Of a stretch of 64,000 nt of DNA, positions 1-9,797 are shown one piece after another. The notes beneath the pieces were generated by a model. The model had not been told where the DNA came from and made no database searches. It saw only the letters and a list, made by a program, of their open reading frames with translations. How positions within the stretch are numbered: the stretch's first letter is position 1; each line of letters opens with the position of its first letter. This DNA comes from Candidatus Sungiibacteriota bacterium (GTDB lineage Bacteria > Patescibacteriota > Minisyncoccia > Sungbacterales > SURF-37): NCBI GenBank assembly GCA_016186145.1, contig JACPMF010000002.1, positions 18,473-82,472 on the forward strand. The letters are read 5' to 3'. Both the position numbers and the translations under genes were made by a program.

Positions 1-44
1 AAAAGTTATTTGCAAAATTGGTGCTGGGGTCGCTAAATCAGCGT

Positions 45-1205
45 ATGGCAAAAAAGAAAAAAATCTTATATGTCATTACCAAGTCCAACTGGGGCGGAGC
101 CCAGCGTTATGTTTTTGATTTGGCAACAAGTCTGCCATCGGAACGATTTAAAGTTACCGTGGCGGCGGGCGGCAACGGGCCCTTCCTCCAAAAACTCAAG
201 CAGGCAGGCGTTAAAACCGTCCCCATCCCCAATCTTGAACGAGACATAAGCGTCCTTAAAGAACTTCTTTCACTCACTTCCCTTTTCAAAATTTTAAGAA
301 GAGAGCGCCCGGATATAATTCACCTCAATAGTTCAAAAATCGGCGGCCTCGGCGCCATCGCCGCTTTTGTTTCAAAACCAATAACTAAAAACTATAAACT
401 AAAAACTATATTTACCGTCCACGGCTGGGGATTCCATGAACCGCGGCCGCGCTGGCAAAAGTCGTTTATCCTCTTTCTCTCGCGGCTCGCCGGGTTATTC
501 CAAAGTCACCTTATCCACGTTAGCCGGCACGACCTCGCCGCAACCCATGCGCTCGGAGTGTGCGCGCCGGGGAATGCAGAATACATACCCCTTGCTGTAA
601 ACCATTGCACTCCGCTAAATCCCAGCCGCTCAAGAGAATTTTTGAGCAAAAAAACCGGCATCGAAGAAAAATCGTTCTGGATCGGAACAGTGGCGGAACT
701 CACAAAAAACAAAGGACTTGCGTATTTGATCGACAGTATTAATGAGGTAAGAAAAAAAAATCCGGAGTTCAAAATACAAGTTCTTATCATCGGCGAAGGA
801 GAAGAACGGGAACGCCTGCAAAACCAGATACGGAAGCTTGGCCTTGAAAACACCGTACATCTTGCCGGATTCATCCCGGACGCCGCGCGGTACCTGAAAG
901 CGTTTGACATATTTATCCTCCCGTCTTTAAAGGAAGGACTGCCGTACACCCTCCTAGAGGCCATCAACGCAAAAATTCCTGTCATTGCGACCGCAGTAGG
1001 AGGCATACCGGACCTGATTGAACATGAACAAGACGGGTTGCTTGTTCCGCCGGCAAACTCTTCGACTCTTACAAAAGCTATCACCACCCTCTTAGTTGAT
1101 AGCGAAAAACGAAGAATTTTCGCAGAGAACGCGGCAAAAAAAATCCGAGAACGAAATTCATTCTCGGAGATGATTCAAAAACATGTTGCTCTATACTTGA
1201 ATTAG
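45..1205 (+). CDS. Glycosyltransferase family 4 (GT-B, GT1 Pfam clan)
   Basis: C-terminal EGLPYTLLEA and PVIAT motifs typical of GT4 retaining glycosyltransferases. ATG at 45; the ORF track begins at an in-frame TTG at 18. Confidence 0.8.
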   Translation: MAKKKKILYVITKSNWGGAQRYVFDLATSLPSERFKVTVAAGGNGPFLQKLKQAGVKTVPIPNLERDISVLKELLSLTSLFKILRRERPDIIHLNSSKIGGLGAIAAFVSKPITKNYKLKTIFTVHGWGFHEPRPRWQKSFILFLSRLAGLFQSHLIHVSRHDLAATHALGVCAPGNAEYIPLAVNHCTPLNPSRSREFLSKKTGIEEKSFWIGTVAELTKNKGLAYLIDSINEVRKKNPEFKIQVLIIGEGEERERLQNQIRKLGLENTVHLAGFIPDAARYLKAFDIFILPSLKEGLPYTLLEAINAKIPVIATAVGGIPDLIEHEQDGLLVPPANSSTLTKAITTLLVDSEKRRIFAENAAKKIRERNSFSEMIQKHVALYLN

Positions 1206-1255
1206 GAATAAATGAAACGATGTATACTGTTATTCTTAATTCATTATTCATAATT

Positions 1256-2167
1256 CTACACAATGTGGTGCATCTTCTTCAACTCTGCCACTCCTTGTTC
1301 AAAACTAATTTGCGGTTCCCAATTTAACAATTCGCGCGCTTTTCGATTATCGGCAAGAGTTTCCGGCGCTTCACCCTGGCGCGGCTCAACAAACACTTTG
1401 GGCCCGCCGATCATATCAGCAACCTCCAACATACTGTAATTCTTCCCGCATCCGATATTGATAATCTCCCCTTTGCCGACCATTTCGCTTCCCATCGCAA
1501 GAAGGTTTGCCCGCGCAACATCGCTTACGTGAGTAAAATCACGGCGCTGGCTCCCGTCCGGCACAATAGTCATCGGTAAACCTTTTTCGCGCTCGCCGAG
1601 GAAAATTCCGATTACTGTTGCATACGGGCCGTCCGCATCGGTAGCCTGCCGCGGCCCATAAACATTGAAATAGCGGAGAGAAACGGTTTCAAGACCGTAA
1701 AAACGGCTTACCATTTCGCAATACCGTTCGCCAACGTGCTTTTGAATCGCATACGGAATAACAGGCAAGGGCGGCATATCTTCACGAAGCGGCATTTCTT
1801 TCCGGTGACCGTACGCGGAAGATGACGCCGAGTAAACGACCCGCTTTACTCCGGCATCCCGAGCGGCCAGCAAAACATTGAGCGTCCCCGTTATGTTGAT
1901 ATCGTTGGTAAGGCGCGGCTCGCGGATGGATAACTGCATTCGCGGTTGTGCGGCTGTATGAAAAATGCCCGCGGCTTTGCGAAAAATCGGAGCGAGCTTT
2001 TCGAAGTCGCGAATGTCTACTTCATGAAGCACGGCGCGGGGATTTACCCGCTCCCGCTTCCCGGTCAAAAAGTTATCCACAACATGCACCTCATCTCCTC
2101 TTTCCACCAGCATATCCGCGATGTGAGAGCCTATGAATCCGGCGCCACCGGTAACAATGTATTTCAT
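1256..2167 (-). CDS. NAD-dependent sugar epimerase/dehydratase (SDR, GalE/UXS-like)
   Basis: N-terminal TGGAGFIGSH Rossmann motif and a YxxxK region; 303 aa. Confidence 0.8.
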   Translation of the reverse strand: MKYIVTGGAGFIGSHIADMLVERGDEVHVVDNFLTGKRERVNPRAVLHEVDIRDFEKLAPIFRKAAGIFHTAAQPRMQLSIREPRLTNDINITGTLNVLLAARDAGVKRVVYSASSSAYGHRKEMPLREDMPPLPVIPYAIQKHVGERYCEMVSRFYGLETVSLRYFNVYGPRQATDADGPYATVIGIFLGEREKGLPMTIVPDGSQRRDFTHVSDVARANLLAMGSEMVGKGEIINIGCGKNYSMLEVADMIGGPKVFVEPRQGEAPETLADNRKARELLNWEPQISFEQGVAELKKMHHIV

Positions 2168-2245
2168 AAAAATTTTAGTTTTTGAATTTCTCTACTGAAC
2201 TTGATACTACGAAGCACCTAAAATGGTAACATAAAACAAGAATCC

Positions 2246-3619
2246 ATGGGAATACAAAGAAGAATACTAAAGCCAATTATCCTCTGCGCCGGTGATGCGG
2301 CCGTATATTTTGCCGCGCTCTCGCTCATGATTTTCATACGCTACTACGGCTACCCGCTCGGTTATTTTTTTGAAATCCATATTACTCCGTTTTCGATAAT
2401 ATTTACGGGCTGGATCATAAACTCCTACATTGCGGGGCTTTACGAACTGCGCACGGTTAAAAATACTCCGACTTTCTATAACCGACTCTATAAAGTCTTT
2501 CTGCTCAACGCCGCGATTGCAATTTCCGTTTTCTACCTTCTCCCTTATTTTCAGGTCGCTCCGCGCGCAAATCTTTTTGTCGTAATCGCCCTCTCTTTCT
2601 TTTTCATCATCTGGTGGCGGTGGACCGCGCAACACATTATGGCTGCGCGCGGATCATCCCGCGTCCTTTTCTTCGGGCTCTCAAAAGAAATAAGCTGGCT
2701 TGCCGACTTCTTGAAACAAAACCCGCAACTCGGTTATCTCCCTGCGGCGATTATGTCAGGAAGAGGAGAAAGCGCGCCGGAAGAAATTCCCTTAAAAATT
2801 TTCTCTTTTAACGAGTCTCTTCCCCGCATTATAGACGGCGAAGGCGTTGAGCTAATCGTGGCGGGTCCGGATATAAAAAAGAACGAAACACTTGTACAAA
2901 TGCTCTTTCAAGCGGTTCCTCTCGGTATTCCGGTAATCGATTTCCTATCGTTCTATGAAGAAGTGACCGGAAAAATACCGGTATCCCTCATCGGCGAAGT
3001 ATGGTTTCTGGAAAATCTCGTCGGGGTAAAAAGCCGCTCTTATGAATTTTTCAAACGGGCGATTGACCTGATCATCGCAGGGGCAATCGTCATTCCCTCA
3101 CTATTGCTCTTTCCGTTTATTGCGCTTGCCATAAAATTTGGTTCACCCGGTCCCGTTTTCTATGAACAAAAGAGGGTCGGGAGGGGCGGCAAAGAGTTTT
3201 CACTGGTAAAATACCGCTCTATGGTTAAAAACGCGGAACAAATGGACTGGCGGAAAGGTGGAGGCCGTGATCCGCGCCATACCGGCATTGGAGCATTTCT
3301 CCGGAAAAGCTATCTTGATGAACTTCCGCAAGTTCTTAACATTTTAAGAGGCGAAATGTCCTTTGTGGGGCCCCGACCGGAACGCCCGGAGTTTGTACGG
3401 GAGTTAAAAACAAAAATACCGTTTTATGACATACGAATGCTCGTAAAACCGGGAATTACCGGCTGGGCGCAAATCAACATGGAAAATGACGCCTCGGTCG
3501 AAGATGCGCTTGAGAAGCTTCAGTACGACCTCGCGTATATCAAAAATCGCTCGGTCCTATTAGATATAACAATCTCTCTGAAAACAGCGGCTACCATGCT
3601 TTCGAGAGGAGGAAGATAA
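2246..3619 (+). CDS. Undecaprenyl-phosphate sugar-phosphate transferase (WbaP/WcaJ-like priming glycosyltransferase)
   Basis: N-terminal TM helices. C-terminal bacterial sugar transferase domain: KRAIDLIIAG, YEQKRVGRGG, DELPQVLNILRGEMSFVGPRPERPEF. Confidence 0.85.
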   Translation: MGIQRRILKPIILCAGDAAVYFAALSLMIFIRYYGYPLGYFFEIHITPFSIIFTGWIINSYIAGLYELRTVKNTPTFYNRLYKVFLLNAAIAISVFYLLPYFQVAPRANLFVVIALSFFFIIWWRWTAQHIMAARGSSRVLFFGLSKEISWLADFLKQNPQLGYLPAAIMSGRGESAPEEIPLKIFSFNESLPRIIDGEGVELIVAGPDIKKNETLVQMLFQAVPLGIPVIDFLSFYEEVTGKIPVSLIGEVWFLENLVGVKSRSYEFFKRAIDLIIAGAIVIPSLLLFPFIALAIKFGSPGPVFYEQKRVGRGGKEFSLVKYRSMVKNAEQMDWRKGGGRDPRHTGIGAFLRKSYLDELPQVLNILRGEMSFVGPRPERPEFVRELKTKIPFYDIRMLVKPGITGWAQINMENDASVEDALEKLQYDLAYIKNRSVLLDITISLKTAATMLSRGGR

Positions 3620-3670
3620 GCCCGTCTACGGCAGAAAATCCAAATGTTTTAAACCTTAACACATTTGAAT

Positions 3671-4600
3671 TTAAATATTGTTTTGGATTTTGGATTTTGT
3701 GATTTGAATTTGTTTTAGTTTTTCAGCAAGTTGAGAGTCATGCGTGCTTACTTCTTCTATCGTCAATCCTTGCTCGGCAAGGATTTTTTCATTAAAGGCG
3801 CGATCGGCTTTCAAAAGATCAACACCCTCTCCAAGGTCCCGAGAAGCAAAATGGGCAGTCAAGGCGTCAAGGTCTTTTGGAAAACAATATCCGCCCCAAC
3901 CGCGATAACCGCCGTGATTAACATCGAGGTGTGAATCACCGATCCGGTGATCGGCGGCTATACCTTTCCGCACATTCTCGTAATCTATCCCGTGTGATTC
4001 GCAAAGACGGGCGATCGCATTCGCAAAATTAATTTTGCGCGCGAAATGAACATTTCCCGAATACTTAATTATCTCTGCCTCTGTTGCCGTGATTTTTACG
4101 GACGTATAAGTATTTACGCCCCAGGGCGACATAAACGGAGCTTTCGGCAAAAGAGAAAGAACCGGGTGCGCGGCGTCAATAGACGAGTCAGTAAATCCAA
4201 CGATCTGACGATCGGGCCGCACCATATCAATCCATGCCTGCCGCTCCGTTAAAAATTCGGGATTAAACAAAAATTTATGCTGCGGGTGTTCTTTTTGAAG
4301 GCGCTCGGTTGTACCAGGCGGAACGGTTGATTTTACAACAACAACTTTCTCTCCTTTAATGGAACGCGCCGCTTCTTCAACGATAGAAATGTTACAAGAA
4401 CCATCCGGATTCCTTGGCGACGGAACAGCAATAAATACAATGTCTGCTCTCGAAACATCATCAAAGTAGCCCTTTTTTGGGTCAACATCGTAAAGGAAAA
4501 GATCCTTCCCGCGCTCATATCCCTTAGACTCCTCAAACCAGCGCTTGAGCGGCGTGCCGACCATGCCAACACCTATTATTCCAACTAATGGTTTATTCAT
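3671..4600 (-). CDS. Nucleotide-sugar dehydrogenase family protein (UDP-glucose/GDP-mannose dehydrogenase-like, short form)
   Basis: N-terminal NAD-binding GIIGVGMVG. NPEFL(T)E and GGYCFPKD-like central-domain motifs. At 309 aa it lacks a full C-terminal UDP-binding domain. Confidence 0.6.
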   Translation of the reverse strand: MNKPLVGIIGVGMVGTPLKRWFEESKGYERGKDLFLYDVDPKKGYFDDVSRADIVFIAVPSPRNPDGSCNISIVEEAARSIKGEKVVVVKSTVPPGTTERLQKEHPQHKFLFNPEFLTERQAWIDMVRPDRQIVGFTDSSIDAAHPVLSLLPKAPFMSPWGVNTYTSVKITATEAEIIKYSGNVHFARKINFANAIARLCESHGIDYENVRKGIAADHRIGDSHLDVNHGGYRGWGGYCFPKDLDALTAHFASRDLGEGVDLLKADRAFNEKILAEQGLTIEEVSTHDSQLAEKLKQIQITKSKIQNNI

Positions 4601-4685
4601 GGAAATTCACGTTTTACCAACTATGAATACCCCGGAAATCAGCAGGCGGTTTTAAAAATTCTACGTCAAAATCCTGGTTTCCAAA

Positions 4686-6896
4686 TCATTTCGTTACGGC
4701 GTTAATTTGCTCAATAACTTTTTCTCCCTGATCCTTGAACCTTGGTTCAAGCTCGATTGCTTTCTGAAGCTCTGCGATTGCTTCTTTATTCCGGCCGATC
4801 TGAAAATAAGCGCCTCCCAACTCCGCGCGATACTGGGCGCTTCCGGGATTCGCGGCAACAAGCTTCTCCCAAACCCGTACTACCTTCTCGAGATCTCCGA
4901 TATTCCGATATGCAATAACATACTTTGGTTCCGCAACAATCCGCGAACCGAAATGCTTCTCCAAAAGATCCTCTCCTTCTTTCACCCGGCCGGAAATAAT
5001 AAGAACGATGGCGAGATTGTGTATCGCTTCCGGATATTCAGGAGCAAGCTCATACGCTGTCCGAAGCGCCTCAATCGCTTTATTCGGCTGGCCCCCCGAA
5101 AGGTTTGCCTCGGCGGCAACGAAATAAAAGTTCTGCCGCCTCTTCGAGATTTTCATTGCTTCATCAACCATCGCAAGAGTGTCTCCGTAGCGCCCTGCCG
5201 CAAGATATGCATTCGAGATGAATGCCAGAGCCCGAACATCAAAGGGTTGGTCCTTTCGTTGCTTCTCAATTTCTTCGATGACGAAAGCAAGATATTTTCT
5301 CTTGTCCTGATCGGCGATGGCAGGGTTTTGGAAAATACTGTTCCCTATCTGATTCGCCTGTTCCCTTGCCTCTGTCGTGCCGAATGTATTCAACTTGATC
5401 CCCCGGCCCAATTCTTCCTGGATTGCATCCGCCTTTCCCGCAGGATCAGGCCCCCCCGCGATTTTCAGAGCATTAATAATAGATCGCGCGGCACGAATTG
5501 GTTTTACGTTATAGGTAAAAACGGTATAAGCGGCAAAAACCCCCGCAAGCAACATAACACTGAACACCACCATCATATTCGGCATATGCCATCCTCCGGA
5601 AATCTCCTTGTCCTGCGGGACGGAAACGGAGGAAGAGGATTGATGAACCCACGCGAGCACGGCAAAAAACATAAGATAGCTTGTCAGGTTGTCGAAAACA
5701 AAAAGATTTTGAAAAAAGTTGGCAGAAAGAAGGCCAAAAACTCCCGCAAACACAAAACGATCTATCCGCCCCTTTTGAAAAGACCGGAAACACAAAAACA
5801 ATCCCGCTCCGAAAATCGCAAGATATGTTCCAAGCCCAAGGATACCGCCCGCAGTCAGCCAATCGAGGAAAACATTGTGAGCGCGATCAAACCACGGTTC
5901 ATTCTGCCAGAGCGACGGATCGTAATACTTTGAAAAAATGTAAATAAAACTTTCCTGCCCCCAACCGAGAACCGGCCGCTCCTGCCACCCCTCAAGCGCC
6001 ATTTTCCAAATGGTAAAACGGCCGGCCGCGGCAGGATCGCTTAACATATTTACAAACCTTCCCAATGTATCGCTTGAACGGACAAATTCCGTATCTTTGA
6101 CAAAAAAGAATGCGACCGGAATAAGAACGGCAACAAGTACCCCGCCAAGCGCGATTTTACGGACTCGTCCTTTCTCAAGAAAAGAAAGCACCAAAGCAAA
6201 GATAACAGCGCCGACAAGCATGCCGAGAAGCGGTCCCCGCGATGCCGTATAGTAAAGCACAACCGCTTCCATAACCAACAACGCGCCGTAGACTCCTTTC
6301 AGCCAATTTTCTCGCGCTTGAAAGAAAAAAATGGCAAGCAGAAACAAATGAAAAAGAAGATATACCGCAAAGTAAGTCGCATTGCCAAATGTTGCGTCAA
6401 CCCTCACGCCGCCCTGATGTATCACCGCCCCTCCCGCAAGCTGGACAAAAGCGTACATGGCAGTTACGGCGCTTACTCCAATTGATACGTTGAAAAAGAG
6501 CCGCCAGTCCTTCGCAGCGATAAAAACACTCCCGAGCATGAGGAAATAGAGAAACAAATGGAGGTGGCCAAAAAGCCCCTCCATCCGCTCGAACGAAGAC
6601 CAAAGACTTTTATACGGAGACAAACCGAGAACCGTCGCTGAAATAAGCGTGGCAATGAAGAGCCCGTAGAAAACGGTAAGCAAAGAAATTCTGGGACGGA
6701 AGCGCGGCGAGAGAGCCATCAGCCCAATCCAAAAAACGGCAAGAAGTTCTATAAGAATGCGGAATGTAAAATTTTTTCCCGTTATAAAAGGAAAATACAT
6801 GCTCCGCGTAACAATGAGCGGGATGAACGGAACAAGCAAAAGCCCTCCCTTAACGATCCACGAAAGAATTTTTTCGATTTGTTGTGTGTTTGGCAT
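4686..6896 (-). CDS. O-antigen ligase-like (Wzy_C) polytopic membrane protein fused to C-terminal TPR repeats
   Basis: About 10 predicted TM helices with an SRGPLLGML segment typical of O-antigen ligase family, then a roughly 250 aa TPR-like C-terminus. Start set at ATG 6896 (MPNTQQ). The longer track ORF (to 6971) would read through an intrinsic terminator hairpin. Confidence 0.6.
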   Translation of the reverse strand: MPNTQQIEKILSWIVKGGLLLVPFIPLIVTRSMYFPFITGKNFTFRILIELLAVFWIGLMALSPRFRPRISLLTVFYGLFIATLISATVLGLSPYKSLWSSFERMEGLFGHLHLFLYFLMLGSVFIAAKDWRLFFNVSIGVSAVTAMYAFVQLAGGAVIHQGGVRVDATFGNATYFAVYLLFHLFLLAIFFFQARENWLKGVYGALLVMEAVVLYYTASRGPLLGMLVGAVIFALVLSFLEKGRVRKIALGGVLVAVLIPVAFFFVKDTEFVRSSDTLGRFVNMLSDPAAAGRFTIWKMALEGWQERPVLGWGQESFIYIFSKYYDPSLWQNEPWFDRAHNVFLDWLTAGGILGLGTYLAIFGAGLFLCFRSFQKGRIDRFVFAGVFGLLSANFFQNLFVFDNLTSYLMFFAVLAWVHQSSSSVSVPQDKEISGGWHMPNMMVVFSVMLLAGVFAAYTVFTYNVKPIRAARSIINALKIAGGPDPAGKADAIQEELGRGIKLNTFGTTEAREQANQIGNSIFQNPAIADQDKRKYLAFVIEEIEKQRKDQPFDVRALAFISNAYLAAGRYGDTLAMVDEAMKISKRRQNFYFVAAEANLSGGQPNKAIEALRTAYELAPEYPEAIHNLAIVLIISGRVKEGEDLLEKHFGSRIVAEPKYVIAYRNIGDLEKVVRVWEKLVAANPGSAQYRAELGGAYFQIGRNKEAIAELQKAIELEPRFKDQGEKVIEQINAVTK

Positions 6897-6931
6897 ACTT
6901 GAATATCCTACTACAACACCTGCTTGGTGGC

Positions 6932-6967
6932 AAACAAAAAATAAAAAGCACCGGATTGCTGCGGTGC
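6932..6967 (-). terminator. Rho-independent terminator downstream of the deacetylase gene
   Basis: On the minus strand: hairpin gcaccg/cggtgc (6948-6967) followed by an A-run on the plus strand, i.e. a U-run in minus-strand RNA. Confidence 0.55.
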
Positions 6968-6988
6968 TCAAAGTACGACTTAAAAGGG

Positions 6989-7930
6989 CTAAGGATTAAA
7001 TGCGTGCTCGTGCAAACGCGGGATATCAAAAAGGTCGTGGTAGATATCTTTTGTAAAAAAATCTTCGATGCTCCACGCTGACCAAAAATTCCACGCGCTC
7101 GTATAGCCGGTTCGTCTTGCCGCCAACTGCGCTTCTCTGCGAGGAACAGCGTTTCCAAAAACCCAACCGCAAGTTGTTGGCGAAGTGCCAACGATGTTTT
7201 TGATTCGCTCGGAAGATTCCCGCATTTCGTATTCAATCTCGTTCTCGCCAATCATGCTAAACCATGGATGCCTGTGGCTATGCGAAGCAATTTCCATTCC
7301 TCGCGCCGCAAGCGATAAAAGTTCATCGGCATTCATAAACCACTCATCAACGAGGTCGGCCTCATTACCCACAGCGTAACGCTCATAAATCTTAGTGACA
7401 AACTCCGCCTGAAGCGAAGGTGGAACAAAGTGGTTAAAAACCGCCTTGATAAGACGGAGCTCCGGCGGCTCGCCCATCTTCATTCCGGAGTAGTCAAGCT
7501 TTCCTTTTTCAAGCAATCGCCCATACGACCACAAACCGTACTCCTTAAAAAGGGCGGGGAGGATTTCATGTCTTAGGCGTTCTTCACCAAGTTTCTCAAT
7601 AGCGATCTGAAAACCTATTACCGGCGGCACCCGACCGTCCAGCGCGCATGTTATAACAAAAAAGGTTGCCGGCACTTCAAACTCCATAAGAATTGGCAGA
7701 GCGGCCGTGAACTGATCCTTAAATCCGTCATCAAAGGATAATGTTACATGCTTTTCCGGCAGTTGTCTGCTTCCGAAATGCGCCTGTCGTGCTACCTGAC
7801 CGCAAGTCATAAATTTATAACCATCTTCTTTTAGTCTGGAAATTTGAGCGCGAAGCCGTTCCGGCGAACAGGTCGGCCCAGGCGCCTTTCCATTACGGAT
7901 GTAGTGATAACCGAGATGCAGTGCTTCCAT
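6989..7930 (-). CDS. Polysaccharide deacetylase (NodB homology domain, CE4-like)
   Basis: HVTLSFDDGFKDQF motif (the TFDDG of the NodB domain), plus downstream His-containing motifs. Confidence 0.7.
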   Translation of the reverse strand: MEALHLGYHYIRNGKAPGPTCSPERLRAQISRLKEDGYKFMTCGQVARQAHFGSRQLPEKHVTLSFDDGFKDQFTAALPILMEFEVPATFFVITCALDGRVPPVIGFQIAIEKLGEERLRHEILPALFKEYGLWSYGRLLEKGKLDYSGMKMGEPPELRLIKAVFNHFVPPSLQAEFVTKIYERYAVGNEADLVDEWFMNADELLSLAARGMEIASHSHRHPWFSMIGENEIEYEMRESSERIKNIVGTSPTTCGWVFGNAVPRREAQLAARRTGYTSAWNFWSAWSIEDFFTKDIYHDLFDIPRLHEHAFNP

Positions 7931-7962
7931 CAGTCACCCCCATATTTTCATTTTAACGAGCA

Positions 7963-7993
7963 ATAAAAAAAATAGCACACAATGTGCTGTTTT
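7963..7993. terminator. Bidirectional intrinsic terminator
   Basis: A8 run (7965-7972), hairpin agcaca-caa-tgtgct (7974-7988), T-run (7990-7993). It terminates the minus-strand gene 8029..8889. Confidence 0.55.
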
Positions 7994-8028
7994 GTCAAAT
8001 ACCCGTTTGGCAAATTTAAACCGCCCTA

Positions 8029-8889
8029 TTACCCAAATGCGACAAAAACAGCGCCAGCAACCATGAATAGCGCGCCAATGAAGCGTTGGAGAAAATGATC
8101 TTCTCCACCCAAGATGCGCCCGAAAAGTACATCGAAAACGTTGCTCAACCGCTTTAACGATATAAAATAAACCGCCACGATAAGAGAGATCCCGATGTAA
8201 TGCAACGCCTGCCCTACTCCGAAAGCTCCTGCCATAAGAAAGGCTGGTTTCCATTTTTCGCGCAAAGTAAAAAACCCGTGGATAAAGAAGGCGGGCAGAT
8301 GCAGCAGCATAAGCGCAAATACCGTCCAGAACGCAAAAAGAACAGGTGGAAAATATTGAAGGGAAAACTTTATCATTGCCACTGAAAAACCGGCGGTTAG
8401 CGCAGCTGTAAGCATAAAATAACTTCCCCTCTCACGAAAGATACTAAAAAGCGCATTTCTAATGCCGGGCTTATACGCATCCCAACTAAGAATAAATCCA
8501 CCTACAAAAATGCTCCCAACGCCCAAAAATCCACGCGGAGAAGGAAGTTCGCCAACCAATATGTACGACGCAGGAATAAGAAACACCATCGAAAAAGAAA
8601 ACAGCGGGCCCACGAGGGACTGTGGAGAGTATTGGAACGCGCGTACATATCCATAGGCAGTTGCGATTTCCAATGGAACAACAAAACAAAGAATCAAAAA
8701 TGATACCCAAAGAGAAGGGAGCCGCCATTCAGAAAAAAACGTGACGATAAGCGCGGTAACTAAAACTCCGGCGCTGAAACGAAGCGCATTCAAAAAGTAC
8801 GGCGAGAAAGTTTTGAGACTTCGAATCTGGGTATTTTGAAATGAAGCAAGAAACGCGGTAAGGATTCCAAAAAGAAAACCAATGGGCAT
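8029..8889 (-). CDS. Polytopic membrane protein, DMT/EamA-like transporter
   Basis: About 10 hydrophobic helices with two-fold internal similarity. ATG at 8889 (MPIGFLFG); the track ORF extends to 8943 and overlaps the upstream gene. Confidence 0.45.
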   Translation of the reverse strand: MPIGFLFGILTAFLASFQNTQIRSLKTFSPYFLNALRFSAGVLVTALIVTFFSEWRLPSLWVSFLILCFVVPLEIATAYGYVRAFQYSPQSLVGPLFSFSMVFLIPASYILVGELPSPRGFLGVGSIFVGGFILSWDAYKPGIRNALFSIFRERGSYFMLTAALTAGFSVAMIKFSLQYFPPVLFAFWTVFALMLLHLPAFFIHGFFTLREKWKPAFLMAGAFGVGQALHYIGISLIVAVYFISLKRLSNVFDVLFGRILGGEDHFLQRFIGALFMVAGAVFVAFG

Positions 8890-8900
8890 AGAACAAAAAT

Positions 8901-9677
8901 TTAGAAGGATGCAGTTTGAATCATCCGTTCGGCGAGCTCCCAATCTTCAGGGCTGTCTATGTTGACGCTGTACTTTTCTTCCATTGGGTAAAGCCGCACA
9001 TTGTCGCCGTATAAACTCGGTTCTGGAGAGCCAAAAAGAAGCTTGGTTTTGAAAAGATAAATCGCGCCGTTATGGGCGTATGTTTTTTGAGGGAAATCCT
9101 GGCGGCGGGTAATTCTTTTGCGGATTGCATCACCGACAAAAAGTTTTGCGTGTCCGTCTTCTCCTTCCACCACGGCCCAGTAAGGACTGAAGTGGCCGGG
9201 AATTTCAACAACGCTCACTACCGAATCGGCTCCGGATTTTTTGAAAAGTTCTACTGCCTCAACAATATGGCGTGCCTGACGCAAAGGGGCCGTTGGCTGC
9301 AAAAGCATGACCGCATCCGGTTCATAACTCTCATTTTCTCTCAACCAATTTACCGCGTGCTGAAGTACGGGCAGAGTCGGTGTTTTATCTTCGGCAAGCT
9401 CTTTTGGCCGCATAAACGGGACCTCAACCCCGTATTTTTTTCCGGCTTCGGCAATTTCAAAATCGTCGGTGGACAAAATAAGCCGACCCGCCTTCGCTGA
9501 AGCTTCCGCCGTCGCTATAGCTTTGGCGGACAAGTCGGCGGGCAAGTCAAAAACTCCGGCCTCTTTTGCCGCATCAATGGTCCAGGCAATCAACGGCTTG
9601 CCGCCAAGATCCTTTATGTTTTTTCGCGGAATAGACTTGGAACCACCACGCGCTGGAATAATGCCGAGAATTTTCAT
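8901..9677 (-). CDS. neuA: Acylneuraminate (nonulosonic acid) cytidylyltransferase, NeuA/CMP-NeuAc synthetase family
   Basis: N-terminal ILGIIPARGGSKSIPRKNI motif (CTP_transf_3 family). ATG at 9677 (MKILGII). Confidence 0.8.
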   Translation of the reverse strand: MKILGIIPARGGSKSIPRKNIKDLGGKPLIAWTIDAAKEAGVFDLPADLSAKAIATAEASAKAGRLILSTDDFEIAEAGKKYGVEVPFMRPKELAEDKTPTLPVLQHAVNWLRENESYEPDAVMLLQPTAPLRQARHIVEAVELFKKSGADSVVSVVEIPGHFSPYWAVVEGEDGHAKLFVGDAIRKRITRRQDFPQKTYAHNGAIYLFKTKLLFGSPEPSLYGDNVRLYPMEEKYSVNIDSPEDWELAERMIQTASF

Positions 9678-9797
9678 ATCAATTATTACTTTATAGAACC
9701 TTGACAAGTTTTACAAGAGATGGCACTAATACCTATATGCCCGAATAGGCGCTTATGATCTTTTACAATTCAAACCACCAGAAAAGGAGAACGCCAG

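Noticed and set aside
3620-3700. AT-rich stuttering repeats (ggattttggattttgtgatttgaatttg) between convergent genes
   Set aside because: There is only a weak 7-bp inverted repeat (caaatgt/acatttg) with a 13-nt loop. Most likely a simple AT-rich convergent terminator region, not a distinct element.
4707-5933. 408-aa plus-strand ORF, one of many 60-180-aa antisense ORFs listed in the track (for example 506-1087, 33452-33994, 62098-62619)
   Set aside because: They lie entirely inside well-supported genes on the opposite strand, give low-complexity or Arg-rich translations and have no family signatures. They are antisense artefacts of GC-moderate coding sequence.
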